From Candidatus Marinacidobacterium sp. (GTDB taxonomy: Bacteria > Acidobacteriota > Vicinamibacteria > Marinacidobacterales > Marinacidobacteraceae): DNA of 64,000 nt. Positions within the stretch are counted from its first letter, which is position 1, and each line of letters opens with the position of its first letter. The notes below the pieces were generated by a model. It was not told the DNA's origin and did no database searches. It worked only from the letters and a program-made list of their open reading frames with translations. The position numbers were made by a program, and so were the translations under genes. This document shows, piece by piece, positions 50,364 through 59,562 of this stretch. Where the stretch lies: assembly GCA_965204755.1 (NCBI GenBank), contig OZ242011.1:3200001-3264000 (forward strand), in the 5' to 3' direction.

Positions 50364-51300
50364 CGCCAGAAACTGCAACTGCCGGTCGCGTCCAGGTCTT
50401 CCTTCAGACTCCGAACCTTCCGGGCGCACATCTCGAGTCCCGCCTTCTCCAGCGCGGCGGCCGTCTCGTCCAGGCACTTGCGGAACCGGGGCGTGTCGCT
50501 TCCCCGCAGTTTCGGCAGCACCTTGGCGTAGATCACCTGGTCGAGCGCCGCGTCAGGGCCGATCTCGATTCCGGAGTCGCGGGAGCGTCCCTCCAAGAAG
50601 CCCACGACTTCCGAGATCACCCGCCACCCGAAGTGCCGCCGCGCCGGCGAGAGAGTCCTCGTGAGGGCCGCCAGCAGGCCGCGAACCTTCGCCTTCTCGC
50701 TTCCGTCGAGTCCGCAGGACTCCCAGCCGGGCCACTCCTCGGGCTCGATGTCCCAGAACTCGAGAGTGAACGCGCGGTCGAGCACCTTGTCCGAGATCCC
50801 CATCGTGGTCTCGTCCATGTTGACCGTCCCGATGAGGACCAAGTTCTTCGGGTAGGGGACTCCCGTCGGGACGCCCAACTTTTCGGGGTCGCCGCGGTGG
50901 AGCGGGATCTCGCCGTCGGGGATCTCCATCGCGCTCAGGATCGGCGCGAAGTACTGCTCCGGGTGCGACAGGTTCATCTCGTCCAGGATCAGGACATGGG
51001 TCTCCTCCGGTTTGGCCGCGGCTTCGAGCAGGAAGTTCAGGAACTCGGTGCGCGCGTAGCCGCCGGTCAGCGGGTTCACATACCCGAGCAGCGGGCCGGG
51101 GTCGTGCCAACCGGGATGGACGGCGATGACCTCGACCGGCCCTCCGGTGTCGCTCTCCGCCCCGGTGAGCGCCATCGCGTAGCGCAACGCGATCTGGGTC
51201 TTCCCGGTCCCGGACAGCCCGGAGAGAACTGCGAAGTGCCGCTGCTCGTCCGCCCACAGCCCGAGATGCAGCGCCTCCACCAACGACCGCTCGAACCGCA
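48270..51300. repeat. ~940-bp direct repeat (48270-49210 and 50360-51300; offset 2090)
   Basis: Several blocks of more than 55 identical bp, e.g. 48858-48914 = 50948-51004. Confidence 0.92.
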
Positions 51301-52981
51301 GGTCGGCCTCGTCGGCTTGAAGACGAATCGCCTCCCACAAGTCGTCCATCGGGGGCAGCGGGTTGGCGCGCTCGGGCGTCCAGTGAATCTTCTTCCGCCA
51401 CCTGACGCCGCGCTCGGTGAGGGAGAGACTGCCGGCGTCATCTGCCTTGACGACCCTCACCTGACGGAGAAAGTTCACCAAATCTGAAGCGGCGCCTTCC
51501 TTCATGGCGACCTTCGACTGCAGGTGGGCCACCAAGTCCTTCTTGGGTTGCGGATTCGCCTCGAGCCGACTAAGGGCGTGGTCGGCGCCGCGGATGCGCG
51601 TCAGGAGGCACTCCATCAGGAGTTCGGCGTCGTTGTCTTCGCGCACCTTGCGACCGAGATCAGTGATCAGAATTCTCCCGTCCACGGTTTCCGTGCAGCG
51701 CAACACCGTCGCGGCTTCGATCTGGAAGTCGGTCGTCCCGACAGGCTGTCCCGGGAATTCCTCCGTCATCCGGGTGTGCAGGGCGTTCCGGTCGATTCCT
51801 TCGCCGACCAAACCCAGCATCCAGTACAACCGGCCGAAAGGATCGTCTCCTCCGAGGTGGAGGAGGATCCGGCGTTCCTGCAAAGGCAGCGGCTGCATCC
51901 CGTTGAGCACCGGCTCGATGTGTTCCGCGCGCTTGTGTAGGGAGAAGACCGTCGGGGGTTGGTCGAAGTACCTCCTATGGTCGCCGAACGCGGTCCGGGG
52001 AATGTCCGTGCGAACCCACTTCACCGGGCGCGTGTGGCGCGGCTGGCCCTCGACTTCTCGGTGCGCATATTCCCCTTCCACCGTGCCCCACGCGATGTGT
52101 CGTTCCCCTCTCTTTCGGGGAAGAACGACGATGTCTCCCTTTTGGATCTCCCACGCGAAGTTCCAGACCTGATCTGCGTTCGCCGTCACGGCGTTCTTCG
52201 GCCAGTCGGGATGCAGTGCCTGAACCACCTTGCGGTACGCCTTGTGGTCGTCGGTGTCGGGAGCGGGCAGGTTCTCGAAACCGAGCATGGCGATCCCGTT
52301 CGCCAGGACATATTCCTCATCCTGACCATCGCCGCCGGCGCGCACCCCCCAGAGGCGGGGCTCGGTGCACAGGTTCCAATACAGTTCATAACCGGTCAGC
52401 ATCCGCTCCGCCAGCCCATCGAAGCCTTCCTCCGGCGACCCGAGCACGCCTTCCAGGCGATCCAGAATGAGGCGATTCGCCTGGACCGGGTCATTGCCCG
52501 CGACATCGAGATCCAGCGTGTCGGCCAACCGTTTGAGTTTCCCCTTGTTGGCGAGATCCGTGAAGGACTCTGGAAAGAAGAGCGCGAGAGTTCGCAGGGC
52601 CTCCACATGCGGCTTGAAGTCGAGCGCCGACTGTGCGCGAAGCAGGATCTCTTCCAGGAAGCGCTTCAACGCCTTGGTTCGCTGGTGTTCGTCCTCTCGC
52701 TGAACCAGCACGGTCTCTCCGACGAACCACTGGCAGAAATCTTTCGAGAGGAGCGTGTCCAGTTGCGTTTCCGACATCAGGCCGCCGTCCCATACGAGGT
52801 TGCTGCTCCAGGCGCGCTTCTGGAACGCGCGATCTGCTCGGCGTGCCTCGGTGGCGCCGTCGATCTCCGCCAGGTACTCGGCGAGGTTCGCGATGTCGCC
52901 GCCGTCGATCCCGGAGATGGCGACCTCGCAGGCGGCCTTCAGGCCGTCGTCGGTCTTTGGGTCGTGCGGGACTCTGGGCAT
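50360..52981 (-). CDS. McrB-like AAA+ GTPase (873 aa)
   Basis: Same motor motifs. N-terminal WGVRAG...GDIVVLP...HTRPVKW domain plus an extra internal segment. Confidence 0.9.
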   Translation of the reverse strand: MPRVPHDPKTDDGLKAACEVAISGIDGGDIANLAEYLAEIDGATEARRADRAFQKRAWSSNLVWDGGLMSETQLDTLLSKDFCQWFVGETVLVQREDEHQRTKALKRFLEEILLRAQSALDFKPHVEALRTLALFFPESFTDLANKGKLKRLADTLDLDVAGNDPVQANRLILDRLEGVLGSPEEGFDGLAERMLTGYELYWNLCTEPRLWGVRAGGDGQDEEYVLANGIAMLGFENLPAPDTDDHKAYRKVVQALHPDWPKNAVTANADQVWNFAWEIQKGDIVVLPRKRGERHIAWGTVEGEYAHREVEGQPRHTRPVKWVRTDIPRTAFGDHRRYFDQPPTVFSLHKRAEHIEPVLNGMQPLPLQERRILLHLGGDDPFGRLYWMLGLVGEGIDRNALHTRMTEEFPGQPVGTTDFQIEAATVLRCTETVDGRILITDLGRKVREDNDAELLMECLLTRIRGADHALSRLEANPQPKKDLVAHLQSKVAMKEGAASDLVNFLRQVRVVKADDAGSLSLTERGVRWRKKIHWTPERANPLPPMDDLWEAIRLQADEADLRFERSLVEALHLGLWADEQRHFAVLSGLSGTGKTQIALRYAMALTGAESDTGGPVEVIAVHPGWHDPGPLLGYVNPLTGGYARTEFLNFLLEAAAKPEETHVLILDEMNLSHPEQYFAPILSAMEIPDGEIPLHRGDPEKLGVPTGVPYPKNLVLIGTVNMDETTMGISDKVLDRAFTLEFWDIEPEEWPGWESCGLDGSEKAKVRGLLAALTRTLSPARRHFGWRVISEVVGFLEGRSRDSGIEIGPDAALDQVIYAKVLPKLRGSDTPRFRKCLDETAAALEKAGLEMCARKVRSLKEDLDATGSCSFWR

Positions 52982-53167
52982 GGTGTTTCAGTCGTCAGGA
53001 AGGGCGAGCGGACAGGGCGTCGGCCGGGCGTCGCAGCGGGAAAGCGTCGGGCCCAGCCTCCGGTGATCGGGAATCGCGGAGAATACGCGACCGGTAGGCC
53101 GGTTCGACCTCCGGCGACCGGAGCAATGGGATCGAGGTCAACTCGCCCTTCGTGGCCGGGCGCCCAC

Positions 53168-53982
53168 TCACGCTTGCGCGTTCCACGGGGGATCGAGATC
53201 GCGGATGAGTCGGGCTTCGAGCGGGCGGGGCTCGGCGGTCTCGTGGATCCAGAGTTCGATGGCCCGGCCGGCGCGAGATTCGAGGAGGAACGCGTGGTTG
53301 ACCTTGCAGTTCGTGGACTGGCCGCCCTCGAAGCAGTTCCGGGGCGAGATGCGGCCGTAGCCCATGGGGCCCCACCGCTGCCGGATGTCCACGGAGATGC
53401 CCACATAGACCACCGCGCCGGCGACGGTGACCGCGTAGACGCCCGGCGCCGACGGCAGCCCCGGCACCGTGAATTCGCAGAACGGGCCCGCGCCGTGGGC
53501 GTTGAGGCGGAGCCGCCGATGTTGGCGTAGCGTCCCTGCGGCATCTCTTCCCGGATCGCGCCGCCGGGCTCCCGAACCGGCTCGATGGCGCCCGCCCAGC
53601 CGAAAGCGAGGCCATCCAGCGACAGCGTGTCGCCGCTCTCAGGTGTCGCGGGGAAGTGCTGCGGGTCACTCCGCGGCGGGCGCGAAGTCGGCGGGCTGGG
53701 GCGGGGCGCCCGGCGTGGGGCCGGGGGCGCCGCAGAGCCGACTCGGTGGAACTCCACGGTCTCGCCGTGGTGATCCACATTGGCCGTTTCCCAGCCGGCA
53801 TCGATCCAAGCCTTGGCCTGGCTGTGGCTCCGGTCGTTGTTGCTCCACCACGCGGGGTACATCCGCGCAGAGGGGGGCAGTTCTTTGCCGAGTACGGCTT
53901 CGATCTCGGAAAAAGTCGCGCGCCACGGGCTCGTGTCCCGCGCTGCGAGGAAGTCACCGAGAGGCTGGTACTTGCTGGCCAT
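53168..53982 (-). pseudogene. DUF7662 + GIY-YIG nuclease fusion with a 1-bp frameshift near 53512
   Basis: MASKYQPL...FSEIEAVLG..LPPSA..YPAWWSN, then PQGRYANIGG | LRLNAHGAGPFCEF..PGVYAVTVAGAVVYVG continues in a different frame. Confidence 0.7.
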
Positions 53983-54114
53983 GTGTCCGCGTCTCCATTC
54001 GGGTTGGGGCAAGGCCCGGAGGCGGCGTTCGACGGCCGACCGACCGGGGGAGCCCCACCATAGACGAATGACCGGACAGAATCCGTCACCCCATTCCCGG
54101 GGCGACGGCCGGGG

Positions 54115-54816
54115 TCAGCGGGCGCCGGCGCCGAAAGTGTCCCGGAGGGCGGGGGCGTTGGCGATGAGTTCGCCGAGGTCCGTCATCGCGTTCTCCATCG
54201 CGATCTCCACGGCGGCGCCGAGGATCGTGGCGCCCTGGTCGCACCCGAAGCCGGAACTGGTCTGCACCGCGTTGCCCTCCACGGACTCCCGGAACAGCAG
54301 GCCGTCCTCGGTGAAGACGGAGACGGCGAGGACGAGGGCGGTGGAGGCCTCCAGCCCCATGAACCCGGTCGAGGCGACCGCGGCGTTGAAGACCTCGGCG
54401 CGGACGGCCACCACCATGTCGAAGCCCCGCTCCACCATGTCGTCCCGCCGCATCTGCACCGGCGTGAGATCCACCTGCCGCACGAGGGGCTGCAGCGTGC
54501 CCACGACCGAGCCGGCCAAGGCGTCGCGGGCGTCCACCGGGTAGTTGGAGTTCTCGCAGTGCCCGTCCTCTTCCGCGAGGATCTGGACATCGCGCCAGAG
54601 TTGCTCCCCGTCCACGAAGACCGCGGCGCGGGCCGGCAGCGGCGAGTCGAAGGCGTAGGCGGCGCGGGACGGCGCGGCGCGCACGACGACGCCGTAGGTG
54701 CAGGCCGACGCGGCGAGGGCCCCGGCCGCCAGGGCGGCAGCGGCGGCGAGGAGCGCCGGCCTCGGCTGGCGCTGCGAACGTTCCCGGTTGGCGCCGGGTT
54801 CTGGGCGTGGATTCAT
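54115..54816 (-). CDS. hypothetical lipoprotein
   Basis: Signal peptide with ASAC lipobox. Confidence 0.7.
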   Translation of the reverse strand: MNPRPEPGANRERSQRQPRPALLAAAAALAAGALAASACTYGVVVRAAPSRAAYAFDSPLPARAAVFVDGEQLWRDVQILAEEDGHCENSNYPVDARDALAGSVVGTLQPLVRQVDLTPVQMRRDDMVERGFDMVVAVRAEVFNAAVASTGFMGLEASTALVLAVSVFTEDGLLFRESVEGNAVQTSSGFGCDQGATILGAAVEIAMENAMTDLGELIANAPALRDTFGAGAR

Positions 54817-55070
54817 GTCGTCTCTCCTTCGATGGCGGCGACGAGGGGGATGCGGTTCCGGAATCGGGAACCGCTCCGCGTCCCGGTTCGGGACCGGCGC
54901 GGCGCGCGGCGGAGGGTGGCCCGCGCCGAGTCGGTTTCCGGCGGGCCCGTTTCGCCGGCCCCGTTTCGCCGGGCCGGGCGGGAAATCTACCCGCCGAGGC
55001 GAATTCCCGGCGCCGGCGGCGCCGGCCGGGGCGGTGGCGCGGAGGCCGGGGGCGTCGGCGGGCCGCAGGA

Positions 55071-56132
55071 TCAGTTCCTCTCCCCTTCCCGCACGGCGAG
55101 GCGGGCGATCCGGTCGCAGAGTTCGGGGAAACCGATCCCGGCGACGGCCGCGGACTGGGGGAGCAGGCTGCGGGTGGTCATCCCCGGCAGGGTGTTGGCT
55201 TCGAGCACGGAGGGCTCGCCGGCCGCGTCGAGCCGGAGGTCCACCCGCGAAAAGTGCCGGAGCCCGAGCGCCCGGTGGCTGGCGACCGCGAGTTCCGACA
55301 GCGTTCGCGCGAGACGCGCCGGGATGCGCGCGGGAAACACCTCTTCGGCGAACCCGGGCGTGTACTTCGCGTGGTAGTCGAAGAGCGGCGTCTCGGTGAC
55401 GATCTCGCCGATTCCGAGGGCCTCGGGCGGGCCGCCGGCGAGCGGCTCCAAGACACCCACCGTGAATTCGCGTCCGGGAAGCAGGCTCTCCACCAGGACG
55501 CGCGTGTCGTGGCGGTGGGCGGAGGCGACGGCGGCGAGCGCTTCGTCGAAATTGCGCGCCAGGGCCAGGCCGACCGACGAGCCGACCCGCGACGGCTTCA
55601 CGATCAGCGGGTAACCGAGCGCGTCGATCGTTTCCTTCCGCTCGGCGGGGATTTCGGCCTCGAACAGTTCGAAAGCGGGGCTCGGGATCCCCGCGCCGCG
55701 CAGGACCCGCTTGGCGGACGCCTTTTCCATCGCCAGCGCGCTGGCGAGCACGCCGCTCCCGGTGTACGCCTTCCGGCCGAGTTCGAGCACCGCCTGGATG
55801 CGTCCTCCCTCGCCGTCGAGCCCGTGGAGGACCAGAAAGGCGAGGTCGCAGTCGCGCACCGCCGGCCGGCGGACCAGCCCGGCGGCGTCCTCCCGCCGCC
55901 GCATCCGGGCGAGCGCCGCGTCGTCCGGCGGCGCCTGCCCCACGCGGAGCGCGAGCAGACGCCCCTCCTGTTCGGGGCCGAGTTCGCCCTCGACGGTGTC
56001 CACCACCGAGACTTCGTGGCCGCGCGCCCGAAGCGCCCGCAGGACTTCCCCGGCGCCGGAGAGCGCGACTTCCCGCTCCGGCGTCGAGCCGCCGGTGACG
56101 AGCGCGACCCGCAGGCGGTCCCCGGGCGTCAT
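55071..56132 (-). CDS. ddl: D-alanine--D-alanine ligase
   Basis: GGSTPEREVAL, LHG..GEGG.IQ, VKP..GSSVG, FDYHAKY, EANTLPGMT..S. Confidence 0.95.
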   Translation of the reverse strand: MTPGDRLRVALVTGGSTPEREVALSGAGEVLRALRARGHEVSVVDTVEGELGPEQEGRLLALRVGQAPPDDAALARMRRREDAAGLVRRPAVRDCDLAFLVLHGLDGEGGRIQAVLELGRKAYTGSGVLASALAMEKASAKRVLRGAGIPSPAFELFEAEIPAERKETIDALGYPLIVKPSRVGSSVGLALARNFDEALAAVASAHRHDTRVLVESLLPGREFTVGVLEPLAGGPPEALGIGEIVTETPLFDYHAKYTPGFAEEVFPARIPARLARTLSELAVASHRALGLRHFSRVDLRLDAAGEPSVLEANTLPGMTTRSLLPQSAAVAGIGFPELCDRIARLAVREGERN

Positions 56133-57634
56133 CAGAGGGTGAGCGCGAGGCGCACTGCCTCCGGCGGTTCGGGCGGCTTCGACAGCAGGCTCGCGGCGAC
56201 GACGGTCGCGAAGCCGGCGGCCATGGCGGTGGCCGCGGGAGGCGGACCGACCTGGGGCGCCAGGAGTTCCAGCGCGAGGAGCGTCCCGAGCCCGACCGCC
56301 ATCGCCAGCGCGGCCGCCGCCGCGGTCGTCCGCTCCCAGACCAGGCCGACGGTCAGGGGGGGCGCCAGCGCCGCCGCGAACGCGCCGAAACCGAGCGTTC
56401 CGAGGAAGGCGATGAGCCCGCCGCCGGATTGGTGGAGCGCGGCCACGCCGAGGGCCGCCGCGGCGACCGCCGCGGATCCCCGGCGGGCGCTGGCGAGGGA
56501 ACGGCGGTCGGCGTCCGTCCGGCCTTCCGGCGAAGCGCCCGGGGCCGCCCGCCGCGGGCGGCGAAGGGAGCGGGGCAGGTCGCGGACCAGCGCAGCCGCG
56601 CCCAGGTTCAGGAAGGCGTCGCTGGTGGACATGATCGCGGCGAGCGCCGCGGCGGCGACGAGACCCTTCAGCAGGGCGGGGGCGGCCGGGATCGAGAGCG
56701 CCGCCAGCGCGGCGTCGTCCGGGTGCGCCAGGGGCCCGAGGCGGCCGTCGGCGGTGAACGCGAGGACCGCCGCGCCCAGCCCGAACCAGACCAGCAGGCT
56801 CAGTCCCTGCGCCCCGCCGATGACCGCCGGGAGGTAGCGCAGCGCCTCCGGGCTCTTGAGCATCAGGAACTTGTGGAGCATATGGGGCTGGCCGAGGGTT
56901 CCGAGGGAGAACAGGAACAGCAGGCCGAACCCCCGCGCCGGGGTCAGGACGCCGAGGGGATGGAGCAGGCGCGCCCCCTCCGGCCCGGAAGCCGCGACCG
57001 CCGCCGCGGCGCCTTCCGGGCCGCCCACCGCGCCGAGCGCCCAGGCGAACGCGAGCGCGGCCGCCCCCGCCATGAGGAGGCCCTGCAGCACATCGGTGTT
57101 CACGGAGGCGGTCATGCCCCCGGCGAGCGAGTAGGCCAGGACGATCCCGGCGCCGAGGGCCAGCATCGCCCCCGGAGGGGCGCCGGGGAAGGCGAACCGG
57201 CCGGCCAGGGCGAGCGCCGAGAACTGGACGCCCAGGTAGATGACGCTGCCCGCCAGGATGCCGAACGCTCCCAGCCCGGCGGCGGCGCGGGCGCCGCGCT
57301 GTCCCCGGAAGCGGAAGGCGAGGACTTCGGGGAGGGTGAGCGCGCCGCACGCTTCGGCGGCGAGCGCCAGACGGCGGCCCACGGTTCGGCAGAGCAGGGC
57401 GGCGGTGAAGCCGGCGGGAACGACGATGAAGAGCGAGCCGAAGCCGATCTGCCCGGTGAGGCCGGGGCCGCCGAGGAAGACGAAGCCGCTGAAGGCGGAG
57501 GCGGCGACCGCGAGCCCGGCGCGGAACGCGCCGAGGCGGCGCCCGGCGACGAAGAAGTCGGCCGCGTTGCGGGTCCGCCGCAGCGCCGCCAGGCCGACGG
57601 CCAGCGTGGCGGCGAGGAGGAGCGTCGGGATCAT
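56132..57634 (-). CDS. sodium:solute symporter (PutP-like)
   Basis: DFFVAGR.LG, SGFVFLGGPG, TDVLQG, GQPH, AAIMSTSD. Confidence 0.9.
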   Translation of the reverse strand: MIPTLLLAATLAVGLAALRRTRNAADFFVAGRRLGAFRAGLAVAASAFSGFVFLGGPGLTGQIGFGSLFIVVPAGFTAALLCRTVGRRLALAAEACGALTLPEVLAFRFRGQRGARAAAGLGAFGILAGSVIYLGVQFSALALAGRFAFPGAPPGAMLALGAGIVLAYSLAGGMTASVNTDVLQGLLMAGAAALAFAWALGAVGGPEGAAAAVAASGPEGARLLHPLGVLTPARGFGLLFLFSLGTLGQPHMLHKFLMLKSPEALRYLPAVIGGAQGLSLLVWFGLGAAVLAFTADGRLGPLAHPDDAALAALSIPAAPALLKGLVAAAALAAIMSTSDAFLNLGAAALVRDLPRSLRRPRRAAPGASPEGRTDADRRSLASARRGSAAVAAAALGVAALHQSGGGLIAFLGTLGFGAFAAALAPPLTVGLVWERTTAAAAALAMAVGLGTLLALELLAPQVGPPPAATAMAAGFATVVAASLLSKPPEPPEAVRLALTL

Positions 57635-58110
57635 CGCCCGGCGTCGTCTTCCGCCGGCGCTTCGCGGGCGGCGCGCCGCAGGCGATCCAGGTCCTCCGCG
57701 GACGGCGGGCGGAAGGAGAGCGCGAAGCCGAGGGAGGTGAGCAGCAGCGGCGCGAGGAAGACGCCGAGGATCAGGGCGGACAGGGACGGGGGGAAGGCCG
57801 GCGCTTCGGGCCCCCGGGCTGTCGGGAGCGAGGCGGTGAGGAGGGCGCCCGCTCCGAGGGAGACGAGGAAGGCGGCGGTGGTCCGGCGTCCCGCGCGGCG
57901 GCGTGGCCGTCGCGCCCCGGCGGGCCGGTCGTCGGCGGGCGGACGGGCGCCGAGCAGCCAAGCCCCGGCGATGGCGGCGGCGGTGGCGAGCGCCGAGACG
58001 ACCGCCGCCGGCCGTTCGTCCGCCCCGAGGAGTCCGACCAGCAGCAGGACGGCGCCGGCGCCGGCGATCGGCAGCGCCGCGAGCGGGGCGCGAAGGGACG
58101 GGGAGGGCAC
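57631..58110 (-). CDS. small membrane protein coupled to the symporter
   Basis: About four hydrophobic segments; stop overlaps the symporter ATG. Start approximate. Confidence 0.55.
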   Translation of the reverse strand: MPSPSLRAPLAALPIAGAGAVLLLVGLLGADERPAAVVSALATAAAIAGAWLLGARPPADDRPAGARRPRRRAGRRTTAAFLVSLGAGALLTASLPTARGPEAPAFPPSLSALILGVFLAPLLLTSLGFALSFRPPSAEDLDRLRRAAREAPAEDDAGR

Positions 58111-58431
58111 GGAGGGGATGGAGTTTCGGGGCGGCGACGGGGGATTCTGCGGCCTCCGCAGTCCGGGGAGCGGACTCGTCGAGTCCCGGTTGCGCGGAGG
58201 CGATAGGCGTCGGCCTCCCGGCGCGCGGCCCGGTCGGTGTCCGCCGGCGGCCGCGCGAGGCGCGCCCCGAAGCCGCGGCGCGCCGGAAGCCGGTCGGCGC
58301 TTCTCCGCCGTGACCGTCGAGCGCCGCGTCGCGGCGCGGGTCGACGATCGTCGCGTCCCCGCCGCTGTCGGAGGAATCCCGCGAATGCCCGTGACGAAAT
58401 CTGTCCTCACCCGGAAGGACGATCCTCGGCG

Positions 58432-59427
58432 ATGCCGGCGCCTCGGCTCGCGGATCCCCGTTCCGTCCGACTCCCCGGTGATCCCGGCGGGGAAACCGAT
58501 ACCTCGGCGCGAAAGCGGCGGACCGGCCGGTTCTATACCGTCGCCAACCCGTTCCGGCATCCGGCGTTTCGCGCTTGGGCGAAGGCGGCGGGGCTGCCGG
58601 GGCGACGAATCCTCGAACCCTTCGCCGGGTCGAACCGACTCATCGAATTCCTCGAGGAGATGGATCTCTGCCGCGATTCCCGGTCGTTCGACATCGCGCC
58701 GGCGGCCCCGCGCGTTCGCCGGCGGGACACGCTGCGGTCGTTTCCCTCCGGTTACGAAGTGTGCGTGACCAATCCGCCGTGGCTCGCGCGAAACAGCGCC
58801 GCGTTCCGCGGGCTGTCGTTTCCCCCTTGCCGACACGACGACCTCTACAAGTGGTGTCTCGAGAAGTGTCTTTCGCGGTGCTCGTGGGTCGCCGCGCTCA
58901 TCCCCGAGTCGTTCCTGCGCTCCGGGCTTTTCCGGACGCGCCTTCGCGACTTCGTCTCGCTCACCGCGCGGATGTTCGCGGACACCGGCCACCCGGTGGG
59001 CCTCGCCCTCTTCGGGCCGGACCGGAGCGCCGATGCCGCGGTTTGGGCCGACTCCCTTCGCGTCGGCGCCCTCTCCGACCTCGAACGACTGCGCCCCTCG
59101 CCGACCGCCGACGGGCCGGCGATGCGCTTCAACGACCCGCGCGGAAATGTGGGGCTGATCGCGCTCGACAACACGCGAACGGCGTCCATCCGCTTCTGCG
59201 AGGTTCGGGAACTGGCCGGTTACCGGGTGAAGAAGACCGGGCGCCACATCACGCGGATCACGGTCCGGGGGCCGATCCGCATCGAGGCCTGGAACGGGTA
59301 CCTGGGGGAGTTCCGGGAGAGGACGCGCGATGTGCTCATGACCGGTTACAAGGGCATCCGCAAGGACGGGATGTACCGCCGGCGTCTCGACTGGCGGTTG
59401 GCCCGGGGCATCGTGCACCACGCCTGA
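58432..59427 (+). CDS. orphan N6-adenine DNA methyltransferase (gamma-like order, NPPW)
   Basis: GRFYT (X), ILEPFAG (I), VTNPPW (IV), DLYKW, LIPESFL. Confidence 0.75.
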   Translation: MPAPRLADPRSVRLPGDPGGETDTSARKRRTGRFYTVANPFRHPAFRAWAKAAGLPGRRILEPFAGSNRLIEFLEEMDLCRDSRSFDIAPAAPRVRRRDTLRSFPSGYEVCVTNPPWLARNSAAFRGLSFPPCRHDDLYKWCLEKCLSRCSWVAALIPESFLRSGLFRTRLRDFVSLTARMFADTGHPVGLALFGPDRSADAAVWADSLRVGALSDLERLRPSPTADGPAMRFNDPRGNVGLIALDNTRTASIRFCEVRELAGYRVKKTGRHITRITVRGPIRIEAWNGYLGEFRERTRDVLMTGYKGIRKDGMYRRRLDWRLARGIVHHA

Positions 59428-59520
59428 GCCGCCGGATTGCGCGGCGGTCGAGATGGCGCGGCGGGCGGGGAGGCCGGGCCGGGGAGCGGCGTTCGCCGTG
59501 GTTAGCATTCCGCGCTTCCC

Positions 59521-59562
59521 GGTGTTCCCGATGAGGTAATCCCGATGAGGTGTTCCCGATGA
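59521..59562 (+). repeat. 3 x 14-bp tandem repeat covering the RBS/start
   Basis: GGTGTTCCCGATGA GGTAATCCCGATGA GGTGTTCCCGATGA. Confidence 0.92.

Noticed and set aside
55071-56132. Van-type D-Ala-D-Lac ligase
   Set aside because: The omega loop reads FDYHAKY, typical of D-Ala-D-Ala ligases, and there are no vanH/X/R/S genes.
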